Assembly: GCA_951406725.2 (NCBI GenBank)
Contig: OX597839.1
Coordinates: 248,001-312,000, forward strand
Reading direction: 5' to 3'
Length of the DNA stretch: 64,000 nucleotides
Source: Octopus vulgaris
Taxonomy: Eukaryota
Notes under the pieces: generated by a model
Databases searched by the model: none
What the model was told of the DNA's origin: nothing
The model's input: only the letters and a program-made list of their open reading frames with translations
Translations under genes and position numbers: made by a program
Shown: in pieces, positions 49,845-61,706 of the stretch
How the letters are laid out: the number at the start of each line of letters is the position of its first letter
Numbering within the stretch: the stretch's first letter is position 1

Positions 49845-52800
49845 GGTGTTGTAGCTATCAAACAACATAAGACTTCCAATAGTCATAAAAGTAACTGCGG
49901 TGCTTCAGTTTCCAAATCTTTGATAAATTTTCCATAAAAGCCAATAGAAAAGAAGAAGATAATATAATTGCTCAGATATATATCCTGCAGTTAAACACAA
50001 TCACTGCTACAACTGCCTTGATTGTAGCTTGAAAATGAATTCAAAACTTTCCTGGGATTCCAAAGTAGCTGGAAAGATATATCTTGTGGTCGGACCAAAT
50101 CGAAGGCCATAGTTACGAATGTTTTAGATAAAAAAAAAAGCATTAAAAGTAGCATTGAAAGATTTGAAACAACAGGATCCTCCTCTATAGTTTTGCCTTC
50201 AAATTGATGCTTCTAACCACAAAAACAGGGAAATATTTCCCTTATGTGTTCAATATTTCAATATGGAATATGGTGCAGTGAACTACATTATTGACTGTTT
50301 TGAGAATGCTGATGAAAGTGCCGATGGAATGTTTTAGATGTTCCAGACTTTGGACAATTTGCAACTTGACTGGGGAAGAGTTTCAGGTTTTAGACTTTGA
50401 AATCTTTAGACTTTAAATGTATCAATGTTTTCAAAATAGTTTCTTTTGTCCTTTTAATTCCTGGAACATCATCTTATTGTGAGAGAGTTTTTAGTTTAAT
50501 GCCATCTAAATGGCGAGATGAAAGGAACCGATGCTTTGTAGAATTAATTGAGAATGAATTTCTCTTATATTTTAACATAAAAGATAGTTGCTTGGAATTT
50601 GCTAAAAACATCAAAGAAAATACAAATTTTCAGAAGCCAGCAAAAAACCAGGGCAAATATAGTCTTAAAGATTCGAATCTTTTGATCAAAGTAAAATAAA
50701 AGTCTTCTTGGTCATTTGTTTTTGTATTTTCATTTAGATAAGAGAAATATAATTTTGAACTGCATTTAATATTGGCATCTGTTATGATTTATAGGAACCA
50801 AATAAAAATTTGTGCACTTGTATATCATTAAAGTTTTTCATGTCCTTTATTGTAGTTTAACAGAGTTGGCAACCCTAGTTCCAGTGCATTACAAAACCAC
50901 AGGCTACAGTATACATGTGGTCATAAAAACACATAAAAAAAAAGAAGCTCCAAAGATACGCATTTTCCAGAAAGTTATGAGGAGGAAAATGTCCGGTTGT
51001 GTGAATTTTCCAAAACTCCTCTTCCCAATCCCTCCGAAATGTTTTTCCAAACAAATCTTTACACACACTCAATCTACAAGATCTGAGCGATTATGGAAAG
51101 ACTTCCGCCCGTCCCCCACTACCATTTTTTCACAAATCTGTTAATTTAGAAAATTTGTTTTTGCCAAAAACCCTCATTTTCATATACGGAGGTTCCAGAA
51201 CATTGCCAAACACCAGCATTGTCAAATTCCACCTCGTCCCCCAGCCCAAATTCTTCAATTTTGACTTTTTCCCCCAACACTAACCCTAAAACCCTAACCC
51301 TAACCCTAAACCAAAAATCCTAACACTAACCCTAACCGTACCAATACAATAAGAAAGTCTATCTTTCATATTGATAATAGAATCACTTCAGTGGTAAGTT
51401 AATTTTCGTTTTTTAATTACAACGCAATGTATTTAATTAAATTGTGTCTGTGGAGAGTCATTCTGTTTTAATGCCTTATTAATTAACACACTTGTAACAA
51501 GATGGGGATCTTTTCGCTTTGACGGCAGATTTTTAAAATAATTTCTTTGTAACTAAAATATTTTAAACTTCGTATATTGGTAGAGTTACAAAGAAATTAT
51601 TTTAAAAATCTGTCGGTCAAAGCGAAAAGATCCCGCAAGGATGGGGTACTAAATTTATCGACCCCGAAAGGATGAAAGGCAAAGTTGATCTCGGCGGAAT
51701 TTATTATAATCGTATTTTATGCTGTTTGGAAGTTGTTTCTGTAAAATTCCACCAAAAGATATCCATTTTCCTTATAGTCGTCATGACCGGGGCTTGAACT
51801 GTATATTGACCGCACATCAATATTATCAATACTTTTTATAATATCCCAGTTGCGCACTAGAGTCGATCTAATAGACTGAACCCCTCCCACCAAATTTATA
51901 CGCACACACACACACAGTCTCATACACGCACACACACAGTCTCATAAACACACACACACAGATGCCAGCAGACAACCAGTGTCCTAATTTAAAATTTAAT
52001 TCTCTTTTTTTCTTTTTCTCAGAATTCTAACATTATATGGGAGGAGCATTTTGAAGTATCGTCTTTTGTTGTTTTTTTTCTTTCTTTCTCTTTCAGTTTC
52101 AAGGCAACAAAGTGTGTAATTACATCGTAGAAGGAAATATGACGAAAAGGTTTTGCAGAAAACAAAAAAAAAAGTTTTTGCAAAAAAGAAAAAAAAAGAT
52201 TTTACAAATAAAAAAGAAAAGAAAAGAACAATCGATTTTACTCTTGCTATTATTATGCGTTTCTGGGAATCCCGGACTTAATGTAATCGCTGCAACAGTA
52301 AATCCTTTTCTCTCCCTCATGCATGCAACAGCAACTTTGTGCATATAGAATGACTTGATAATTATTCACCGACTTTTGTGGCTGTATAATATCAGAGTTC
52401 GGCGGTATCCGATATTCACTTTGTTGACAGGACAGGTGCTACATGCAACAATACAATAAGAAAGTCTACATTTCATACAGATAATAGAATCACTTCAGTG
52501 GTAAGTTAATTTTCGTGTTTTAGTTACAACGCAATGTATTTAATTAAATTGTGTCTGTGGAGAGTCATTCTGTTTTAATGCCTTATTAATTAACACACCT
52601 GTAACAAGATGGATATTATAAAAAGTTTAAGCCCCGGTCATGATGACTTTAAGGAAAATGGATATCTTTTGGTGGAATTTTACAGAAACAACTTCCAAAC
52701 AGCATAAAATACGATTATAATAAATTCCGCCGAGGTCGACTTTGCCTTTCATCATTTCGGGGTCGATAAATTAAGTACCAGTTGCGTACTGGGGTTGATC

Positions 52801-53157
52801 TAATCGACTGGACCCCTCCCACCAAATTTATACGCACACACTAAATACACACAGTCTCATATACAGTCACATACACACGCACACACAGACAGAGTCACAC
52901 GCACACAAAATATCGTCTGCTTAGGTAGTCTTTGTCAGGAGAAGGGCTGCGCTCATATTTAGTTAGACGCACGACTCTCGAAAAAGGACCAGGTGGTCTT
53001 TCGTAATAGCTAGAAATAACAGCCAAATCTATCTTTTTCTTTTAGTTTTTTCCCTCTCTTTCTTTAATTATTTGCTAACAGATTCGGAAATAACGATAAG
53101 GAAAGAAGTTTGAATTTAAAAGAATTCAAATGATTAAATGTACAAAAATAAATACAC

Positions 53158-53545
53158 TGGCGAAAATAAATTTAAGACCGATGATAAAAGTTCTATTTCT
53201 TACCAAATATTCTGTTACTGACATCCATACAAATTATTTCCATCTTTTTACACCTTATGCAGAATTTATTTCTCTTTCGAATGATGCAGACAATAACTAT
53301 TTTTATACAACTTGAAGAATTCTAATGCTAAATTAATATAAACGTTTCAAATTTACCGGCAAAATACTTCAAGTTGTATAAAATTCTTCAAGTTGTATAA
53401 AAATAGTTATTGTCTGCATCATTCGAAAGAGAAATAAATTCTGCATAAGGTGTAAAAAGATGGAAATAATTTGTATGGATATCAGTAACAGAATATTTGG
53501 TAAGAAATAGAACTTTTATCATCGGTCTTAAATTTCTTTTCGCCA
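53158..53545. repeat. Near-perfect inverted repeat, 164-bp arms, 60-bp spacer
   Basis: 53158-53321 is the reverse complement of 53382-53545 with about two mismatches. Confidence 0.9.
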
Positions 53546-54031
53546 ATGCACATGAAATAAAATAAAATTGAATAGCAGAACATGAGACACTTTACAACAC
53601 ATTTCTGAATGCTAACAAAACAGGAAAATTATTTACATTCGACGCATCTTGTTTGTTGTTAGCGCAACGTTTCGGCTGATGGCCAACTTTCGAACCTGGG
53701 TTCTCATTCCTGAGATAGTTTTCGAGGTTGCTGATATTATTATTATTATTTGTCATCATCATCATCATTGTCATTATTATTACTGTTATTGTTATTATTA
53801 TTATCATTATTATTATTATTATTATTACTAAGCAGTAGTTTTATTTTTATAGCGTGCTTTCACTTCACTACCGATCGCAGCTCTGTGTGCCTTGGGTATG
53901 TGCTGTGGTTTGTTGTGATAATCTGATGGTTACTTTATTGAAAGTGTTTTGCGTAGGATGTGTGCAGTGTCCAGTAGTGCAATTTTCTGTATGCTGTATA
54001 TATTTGTAAGTCCTGGTGCTTTTGTTATGTA

Positions 54032-54425
54032 CTAGCAGTATCGCCCGGCGTAGCTCGGGTTTGTAAGGGAAATAACTATATAAGCATTTTTAGAGAGTTA
54101 TAGCCAAAAAATAGCAAAAAAAATGCATTAAAAATTGAAAAAAAATTAAGGTAAATTTTTTTTAAATCGTTGACACATCGTAGATATTTTTAGAGAGTTA
54201 CTTCCCTTATATAAAAGCGAAAAAATGCATTAAAATGGAAAAATATGATGGTAAATTTTTTTAAATCGTAGACTCATCGTAGACGCACGCTAATACCCAG
54301 AAGGGCTCGATATGAATCACGACTATAAGATACCCGCTTTTGGTTAAACTGCACCGCAAAATGTGGGAGTAATTACGAATGTAAATCGAAGGGGACAGAC
54401 ACACAACTTCACTCTTATATAAAGA
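54032..54425 (-). mobile_element. Non-autonomous Helitron, copy 3
   Basis: Minus strand starts TCTTTATATAAGAG and ends hairpin-CTAG, inserted between A and T; same family as 918-1821. Confidence 0.7.
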
Positions 54426-55219
54426 TGCTTTTTTTTTTCAGTCATAGAGTTAGATTTATGAAGGTCTTCAGTAGAAAATCCTTCGAATTCTGACTCGCTG
54501 CTTGATAAAATGAAATTCGTATCCATTTTTTGTCAGAATTACAAATTTTGAAAACACAATAGGAACAAATTTCGGAAAAAAATCTCCCATAATTCACGGA
54601 ATTAAAATTACACTTCAATTTTTGTACAAAACTGTATTTGAAGTGTTTACGAAGTATAATACGTGTTTTCACGAATGTACTAAAGAGATTTACTCTGATA
54701 TTCTCATTTAAATGTGAATAGGTAAATTCGGGCGGTTTGGTAACGAAAGGGTTTATATAAGTGTCGTCTGTTTATACATAAACACTGTTTCATAGTTTCA
54801 GTTTAGTCTTCCTCAAATCACTGTCGCTAATTTACTCTCTTCCAAGAACATTTTCACTCACTGTTATCTGTTAGCTTCCCATACATTTTACTCATGTATC
54901 TATCAGCGTGATAGACAGAAACAAATATTACATTTACTTTCATTTTATTCGTTGCCCACTGTGTGTGTGCGTTTGCGTGTGGTGTAAACCAGACTAAGAA
55001 AAGCATTTGACACACACACCAGAATGTGAGTTTTCTGTAAATTTTGCTTAATTGGAGTTTAAATTTTAAAAACTGGACCTGGCATGACGCGATGCATTGT
55101 ACTCTTAAAACTGCTAGGTAAATTGTAATTGAAGAAATCCTATATTGTAGATTTGTATAACTCCGAAAGGGAGGCAGATAAAATCTGCCTTTTATAATAA
55201 GAGATTTGTCTGAATATTT

Positions 55220-55407
55220 TTATTATTGTTATTGTTCGGGTCACTACTTCGAATCGAACTCGGGATCTTGTGGTTAAGGCCCGCGGGCATATGGCATAGT
55301 GGTTAAGAGCGCGGGCACTAACCCCACGATTCCGAGTTCCATTCCAAGCAGTGACCTGAACAATAACAATAACAACAACAACAACAACAACAGCAATAAT
55401 AATAATT

Positions 55408-55443
<36 letters not shown>

Positions 55444-55615
55444 TCGAAAAATATCTTAGGAATGAGAACCCAGGTTCGAAATTTTCCCAAGACACCTGAA
55501 GAAGGCTGGAGGGTGTATCAGCCGAAACGTTGTGTTAACAACAAACATGATGAGGACAATTATCCGTCGATTGTAAGTAATGTGAATAATTCCTCATCTC
55601 TTAAATGTAGAACTG
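55220..55615 (+). mobile_element. tRNA-headed SINE-like element with (AAC/AAT)n linker and hammerhead-bearing tail, preceded by an inverted partial head
   Basis: A-box TGGCATAGTGG and B-box GAGTTCCATTCC (~55290-55345); 55220-55277 is an inverted copy of the head; deleted relative at 53590-53830 (minus strand). Confidence 0.65.
55491..55536 (+). ncRNA. Minimal type I hammerhead ribozyme
   Basis: GACAC-CTGAAGA-A-GGCTG(gagggtgtat)CAGCC-GAAA-CG-TT-GTGTT: intact core, 5-bp stem II, palindromic ACGT stem III. Confidence 0.75.
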
Positions 55616-55854
55616 TATTGTAACAGGAAAAGTTTTTACTTGGTCAAGAAATGTGTTTGTCCTGTTTGTGAAGACGGTTAGCATTGTGAGTACTGTTGCG
55701 TTGACTATTTGAGAAATTTGTAACATATACACCATTACTCTTCAGCTACGGGGAATACGAATCTGCCAAAAATATTGGCAAAAATGGACATTTCTAAATT
55801 AAAACCCACCAACCCCATCCCCGCACCCATTTCCTTCATATTTAATTTTTTTCA

Positions 55855-56635
55855 GAATTTCTTTTTTTCCTCAAAATATGCGGAAAAATACGGAGATTAT
55901 AATTCTGAAAAAATTTCCAAAATTCTTACTAAAATTTTTTTTAAGAATTTTTTCTTTTCTAAATATGCGGTAAAATATGGACATCATGATTCAGACAAAA
56001 ATTTCAAAACATTTCTCTACTTACGGTTTTAGGGTTTTACGGTTAGGGTCAGGGTTTTAGGGTTAGAGTTGCGGAAAAAGTCAAAATTGAAGAAGTTGGG
56101 GGTGGGGAAAGAGAGGGAAAATTTTTCAAAATGCCTATTTTTAGCAATTTCCCAGAACTTCCATGTCCAAAAACGGGATTTTTGGCAAAAAATGATTGTT
56201 TAAATGGTGGGTGGGGGACGGGCGGAAGTCTTTGGAAAGTTTAATAAATTTTAGATTCATTTAATATTCATTTCAGTAATAGAAAAAGGTTTTAAGAAAG
56301 ATCCCAACTGTGGAGATGTGATAAAAATAACAGCTAAATCGCCATTAACCTTTTTCCCGTAGTGAAACCATATTCAACCAATCCCCCCACTCCCCCTCCC
56401 CAAATTCTTCAATTTTGACTTTTTCCCCAACACTAACCGTAACCGTAACCATAAAACCCTAACCGTAACTACAGAAATATTTTGAAATTTTTGTCCAAAT
56501 CATAATGTCTGTATTTTTCCTCATATTTAGAAGGAAAAAAATTCTTCAAAAAGAATTTTACAAAAATTTTTGGAAATTGTTTTTTAGAATCATAATCTCC
56601 ATATTTTTCCGCATATTTTGAAAAGAAAAATTCCT
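55855..56635. mobile_element. Foldback element with ~250-bp inverted arms containing (TTAGGG)-like repeats
   Basis: 55860-56110 vs reverse complement of 56390-56630; related CCCTAA-bearing fragments at ~25920-26040 and ~51090-51340. Confidence 0.65.
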
Positions 56636-57289
56636 GAAAAAACTTACCATTCCACAAGGCAGGGTAGGAATGTGTCATATAACACATCTTTTGCTCTTTG
56701 TATTGTTGAGAAAAGTTTGTATTTTCAAAGTTATTTCGTGTTAAAGTTGTCATATTTCGGTAATTTCAACCAATCAATGACTTGTATTGATGTCGTTGTA
56801 TAGCACCAAGTCAGACCTGTGCCAGCATGCCTATAATCAATAAGCATTCCAGCCTTGACCATCCTGTCTTTCATTCATACTTAGGATTACAATATGTGTG
56901 TCCTTCCCATTTTGTAGATAGCACAATGTGGCATGAGTGAGATTTCACTTTTATTTCTAATCATTTGAGTGACTGTTGTAATACTTCTTCAAAGCTGTTG
57001 TTGATGTTGTTGTCGTTGCTTGACCCTTGGGCAGTTCTACCATAAACAAGAGTTTAATAAATAGCTCTCCAGCTACGAGCATCCACCACAAGTTTTTAGC
57101 TGTACCTTTGTTCATACTATCCTTCCTTTTCCAAAAGATATTAGTGTCATTTTAGGGAGATTTTGTTGCTGTTTCTAGCAGGCTGAGACTCACCATGTTG
57201 AGTCATTTTATTGTTGTTTGTTTGTTTGTTCTTATTGTCTTTCTCGATCACAACTAAAATGTCTACCTCTCTTTCTCCGACAGGCAAAA

Positions 57290-57337
57290 ATGAAAGCCCC
57301 AGCTTCCATCGTTTTCATAGTATATCTGTTTTACCAG
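57290..57337 (+). CDS. TNF receptor superfamily gene 2: start-codon exon, signal peptide MKAPASIVFIVYLFYQ
   Basis: Acceptor ctctttctccgacag (exon starts 57284), AAAAATG context, donor CAG|gtaggt (phase 0) joining VSRVSA-V, a plausible signal peptidase site. Confidence 0.75.
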
Positions 57338-57539
57338 GTAGGTGCATTTACTGTCTTGTTCAGTTTCCATAATCATTCTTTCACAGACGTATTGATTTAG
57401 TCGACCCACTAACATCCACATTCCATGCTGGCTTAGGTTGGATGCTTTGCTTCCACACCTGGAATTTCCTCTCCAGCCATGGCATGATATATCAGAATCT
57501 CTATAACCTTGGCATAGTTGGAAAACTTGGAGAATGGTT

Positions 57540-58290
57540 ACATGACTTTCTAAAAGACAGAAGTTATGTAGTGGTGGCCAGCTGGACCTACTCCAAGGAA
57601 GCATAAGTAATGAGTGGTGTTCCACCACGGACTGTCTTGAGGCCATTGCTGCTCATAGAGGCCCTCAGCTGCTCAGATACCCACCAGACACACGGCTGGA
57701 TGGATCCTTTGAGCCTTCAGAACGAGAGAACAGGAAACCATGATGGTTCTCTGGAGGACACTTGTCCTCAGCCATTTAGATTACTGCTCCCAACTGGGGT
57801 CACCATACACTGTAAAACTGACAGAACTCACAGCAATCCAGTGAAGCTACACAAAGACGACTATCTCAATGTAACATGTCAGCCACAGGTGGGGGCTAAA
57901 AAAGTTAAGACTCTCCTCCCTAGAACGAAGGCAGGAAAGATACGCAGTAATATTCATCTGGAAAATCCTAGAAGTACTTGTACCAATCTTTGGAATTGAA
58001 AGTTGCACAAACAGCAGGACGGGGCACCACTGCATAGTACCAAAAATCCCAACATTGCTACCAAGATACAGGACCAAATACTGCAACAGCTTGGGCTTCA
58101 AGTGGCCACAGCTCTTCAATATCCTCTCAGAAAGCTTGAGAGACTGATATGGGGTGGATGTTGGAGCCTTCATAACAAAACTGGATCTCCTCCTATCAAG
58201 AGTTCCAAATGAACCTATCTCAAGACAAGAAATGTAGATGAGGGCAGCAACATCAAACTGCATCATTCATCAAATACCACACATTTGAGG
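57540..58290 (+). mobile_element. Degenerate CR1-like LINE fragment (intronic)
   Basis: SGVPPRTVLRPLLL (GVPQG motif remnant) and RYAVIFIWKILEVLVPIFGI-like C-terminal motif, with frameshifts. Confidence 0.55.
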
Positions 58291-59199
58291 TGGTTTAGTG
58301 AAAGTGTAGCAGTGGCCAATTTAGCTTAATGGTATAGCACTTGGCCAGAGTGTTCAACAGATATGGGTTCAAGTCCCATGTCTGTTTGTTGACAATTTTT
58401 CTTTCACTTTGTAAGAGTAATTTAAATGTTTCTGCTGTTCTAACGATGTCTCTGCATTCGAAAATAAATTATCAACTCATTTGCATCTTTATACACTTTT
58501 TGGTGCTTCTTAAAAAAACAAATATTTGATTCTTTATATACATGTGATTTACGTAAAAACACCTTTTGAGCGTGGTCGTTGCCAGAATCGCCTGACTGGC
58601 CCTCATGCCGGTGGCACGTAAAAGCACCCACTATACTCTCAGAGTGGCTGACATTAGGAAGGGCATCCAGCTGTAGAAACTCTGCCAGATCAGATTGGAG
58701 CCTGGTGCGGCCATCTGGCTCACCAGTCCTCAGTCAAACCGTCCAACCCATGCCAGCATGGAAAGCGGACGTTAAACAATGATGATGATGATATATATAT
58801 ATAAATATATATATACATACATATATATGTATAAACGCACATATACATACACGCATATAAACACATAAACATACACATATATACATGTAAGTCCGTATGT
58901 ATGTATAAAAAATTGAAGGTGATGCTTTAGAACTTCATAATAATCCTCATTATCATCATCGTTGTTGTTGTTGTTGTTGTTGTTGTTGTGTGTGTGTGTA
59001 TACATTCACTTACATATAATTTCACACCTGGCATCACACCTTCGTAGTCAGCCAATGAATTTTCATCCAACCCTCATATTTACACACACACACACACACC
59101 ATGTAAGTCATTGGTTTGTGTGCATGTCAATCATTTCACCATCCTTTTTTTAGTTATTGACGTCCATTGATCTCTGTAATATTTTCTCTTTCAATTTAG

Positions 59200-59284
59200 G
59201 TCAGCAGAGTGTCAGCTGTTTGCCCTGAAGGTCAGTTAGAGCATGGAGACAAATGCTGTAAACCTGTTACACATTGTCCATCAG
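59200..59284 (+). CDS. TNF receptor superfamily gene 2: CRD1 exon VSRVSAVCPEGQLEHGDKCCKPVTHCPS(G)
   Basis: Acceptor ttttctctttcaatttag, donor CAG|gtaata; phase 0-1; CPEG-x6-CC-x5-CPxG pattern typical of the first TNFR cysteine-rich domain. Confidence 0.85.
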
Positions 59285-59446
59285 GTAATATTTCAAATAA
59301 GTACATGTTATGCATACTGTTGTTCATTCATATAGTATATATATATATATATATAGGTTATAAAATGAGATAGGGGTTGAAAATTCAACCCACCATGGGA
59401 TAATATATATCCAATATACTGCCAGATATATATATATATATATAGC

Positions 59447-60330
59447 TCCTACACGCATTTTGTTCTCTCCTTGTTTCTGTCCTTGTATCTTTTCTGTGTA
59501 TCTTTCTGTCGAAGAGCGTAGGCTCGAAACGTAAAAGACTTGTTTTATTTCTATTCCTGAGCGATTATGTAACCCTGCATTCTTCAGAGATGGTGGTTAT
59601 GGAATGAAATGTGGTGACTGCTCTCTATTATTGGATGTGAAAAGTCACAATTAGTTTGTAGTTACTGTGAAAATGGCAACAAACCAAACCAAACAAGGGT
59701 GAAGTGTTATGTCTCTTGCCACCTAAACACCATCTCCGGGGGTGTTGCCAGATGACAGAAGTTTTCTGGAAAACTGTGTATGGGAAATGTGTGTGTTTTA
59801 TGGCTGGTGACCTTGTAGAAGTAGAATGTGTGTAGTGTTTTCGGGGTGGGGGATTGTTAGGTGGTAGCTGAAAGACTGCATGAGCATCTCTGTGTTCCTT
59901 TGAGATAAATTTTTTGGAGCATTTACGCAGGTATGGAGTGTGCGTCGGGGTAGTATATATGCAGGGACTTAAACTGGGTGAGGTGAAAATGGGTCTATTG
60001 GGTGGATGTCTGCCGTATTAGGGCAAGTGTGTGCCTGTTCTGGTCAAACTCTTTGACAGATTCCTAGGTATTTTGTGGTGGGAGGGCTGAAGTTGGGGGA
60101 CTGGTAGTTATAGTCATGATGGCGCACATAGATGCGACAGGATGTATTTCCTTTCATGTAGGCAAGGGTTGTAAATCTCACTTCTCTTGTTGAGATAGAT
60201 GTGTGGGTGCCAAGAGTTATTTTCTCAGCCAAGCATAATCTGCATTTCTTGCTGCTACTGAAGTAAGCTTTACATTTCTCTAATATCCTCCGCTTTATAC
60301 TCTTTATATTCCATTGCACTTTCATTCACG
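59447..60330 (-). mobile_element. Penelope-like element 3' remnant with an adjacent opposite-strand pLTR piece
   Basis: Minus strand W.I..ILEKCKAY..SKKCRLCLAEK (Penelope endonuclease C-terminus); truncated CTGAAGA plus stem near 59565-59590; plus-strand hammerhead variant 59501-59538. Confidence 0.65.
59501..59538 (+). ncRNA. Hammerhead-like motif with variant core (CUGUCGA)
   Basis: TCTTT-CTGTCGA-A-GAGC(gtag)GCTC-GAAA-CG-TA-AAAGA; related copies at 35225-35262 (+) and 32959-32996 (-). Confidence 0.5.
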
Positions 60331-60781
60331 ACCATATATGCTTGGGGGGTCTTTTGTCCCTCTAGGTTCTGAAGGTGCCAAAGAATTTAAACAAAACATA
60401 AATAAAAAGCGCAAACACACACAAATGCTTATGCAGCCTTGCACCCTTCACCCACGCCACTCCCTTAAAATCACTGACTAAAAAGTTTTGTGATCGCTAT
60501 TGTACTCCAGGTAAACCAAAATCGAAAGTCAAAGTTGGAGTCCATCACCTTCAAATTTGTAAATCCATGGTTTCAGGATGATACATAAAATAAACAGAAA
60601 TTACGGGTTACATACATTTATTTATTCATTATAGTCTTGCAGCTATTTCGCCCATGCATTTGTGTTGTGTTCATGGTTCAATTTCATCAACAGGCATAGC
60701 TGAAACAGCTGTGACTAATCTGAGTTTCTGAATTTTCTCTTTTGTTCATTTTTGAATTTTTCTTCTCTTGGATTTTTCTAG

Positions 60782-60913
60782 GTTCTTATGTGAAAACGTG
60801 TGAGAGGAATGGCAGTTGTGACAAGTGTTTGCCTTGCCCCTCTGGGACGCAAAACCCATTCATCACGTCATCATTTGATGTCAAAAAATGCCATAAAGAT
60901 AACTGCCCCACAG
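60782..60913 (+). CDS. TNF receptor superfamily gene 2: CRD exon (G)SYVKTCERNGSCDKCLPCPSGTQNPFITSSFDVKKCHKDNCPT; gene continues beyond the window
   Basis: Acceptor tcttctcttggatttttctag, donor CAG|gtaaat; 132 nt, phase 1-1; C-x-x-CPxGT motif, NGS sequon. Confidence 0.85.
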
Positions 60914-60966
60914 GTAAATATCATTTCTATTACAATATCACTTTCTGTTCAAGAAAACTACACGAA

Positions 60967-61200
60967 GACGGTGAGCTGGCAGAACCGTTAGCACACCGGG
61001 CGAAATGCTTAGCGGTATTTCATCTGTTGCTGCGTTCTGAGTTCAAATTCCGCTGAGGTCGACTTTGCCTTTCATCCTTTTGGGATCGATTAAATAAGCG
61101 CCAGTTTCACACTGGGGTCGATATAATCGACTTAATCCATTTGTCTGTCTTTGTTTGTCTTCTCTGCGTTTAGCCCCTTGTGGGTAGTAAAGAAATAGGT
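60967..61200 (+). mobile_element. Representative of the most abundant tRNA-derived SINE (>12 copies or fragments in the window)
   Basis: GAGCTGGCAGAA..GAGTTCAAATTCC..GTCGACTTTGCCTTTCATCCTTT; minus-strand copies at ~4300, 8445, 9190, 9415, 21000, 21270, 21515, 30880, 45880, 46150, 46395. Confidence 0.8.
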
Positions 61201-61706
61201 ATGTTAGATACACGATTTTAGCCACCACCTCACCCCCACCCAACAAAAAATTCCTCATAACAATCAGTTCTCATAAACTTTAATACGCTAAAAACTTTTC
61301 TCCCGCAAAATAATCACTACTGAAACTGGGTTGTTTCTTTATGCATTAGGTCTTCATTTCTGCCACAAAAATTCAGTGGCCTTGTGCAAGGGGAGACAAC
61401 TCCTGGTATATTATTGCTTTTAAAAGAATTGCCTTTTTACTTTCTTGTTTGCGAAACTGTGTTTGTACAATCTATGTATTTATTTTCAACACTTCAAAGT
61501 TTATGCTGCATTAGAATACACAAATTCTGCAATATTTACCAAAGAGAAAAATGTCATAAGGTTATAATGTTGCATAAAAGCACATCATCATTGCTGTCAC
61601 CAGCGGTAGACAATCACTGGTCTTTTGCGACCTCAGCACCTGTTTCGGCTCTATATTTCTATGTATATCGCTAGCGCAGCAGTTACTGCTATTTCTGCTT
61701 GGTGTC

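Noticed and set aside
51280-51340. Telomere or chromosome-fusion scar
   Set aside because: Short, degenerate CCCTAA runs embedded in a dispersed repeat family.
55285-55350. tRNA gene (also 38486-38520 and 49770-49840)
   Set aside because: A/B boxes are present but there is no complete cloverleaf, and each continues into a SINE body.
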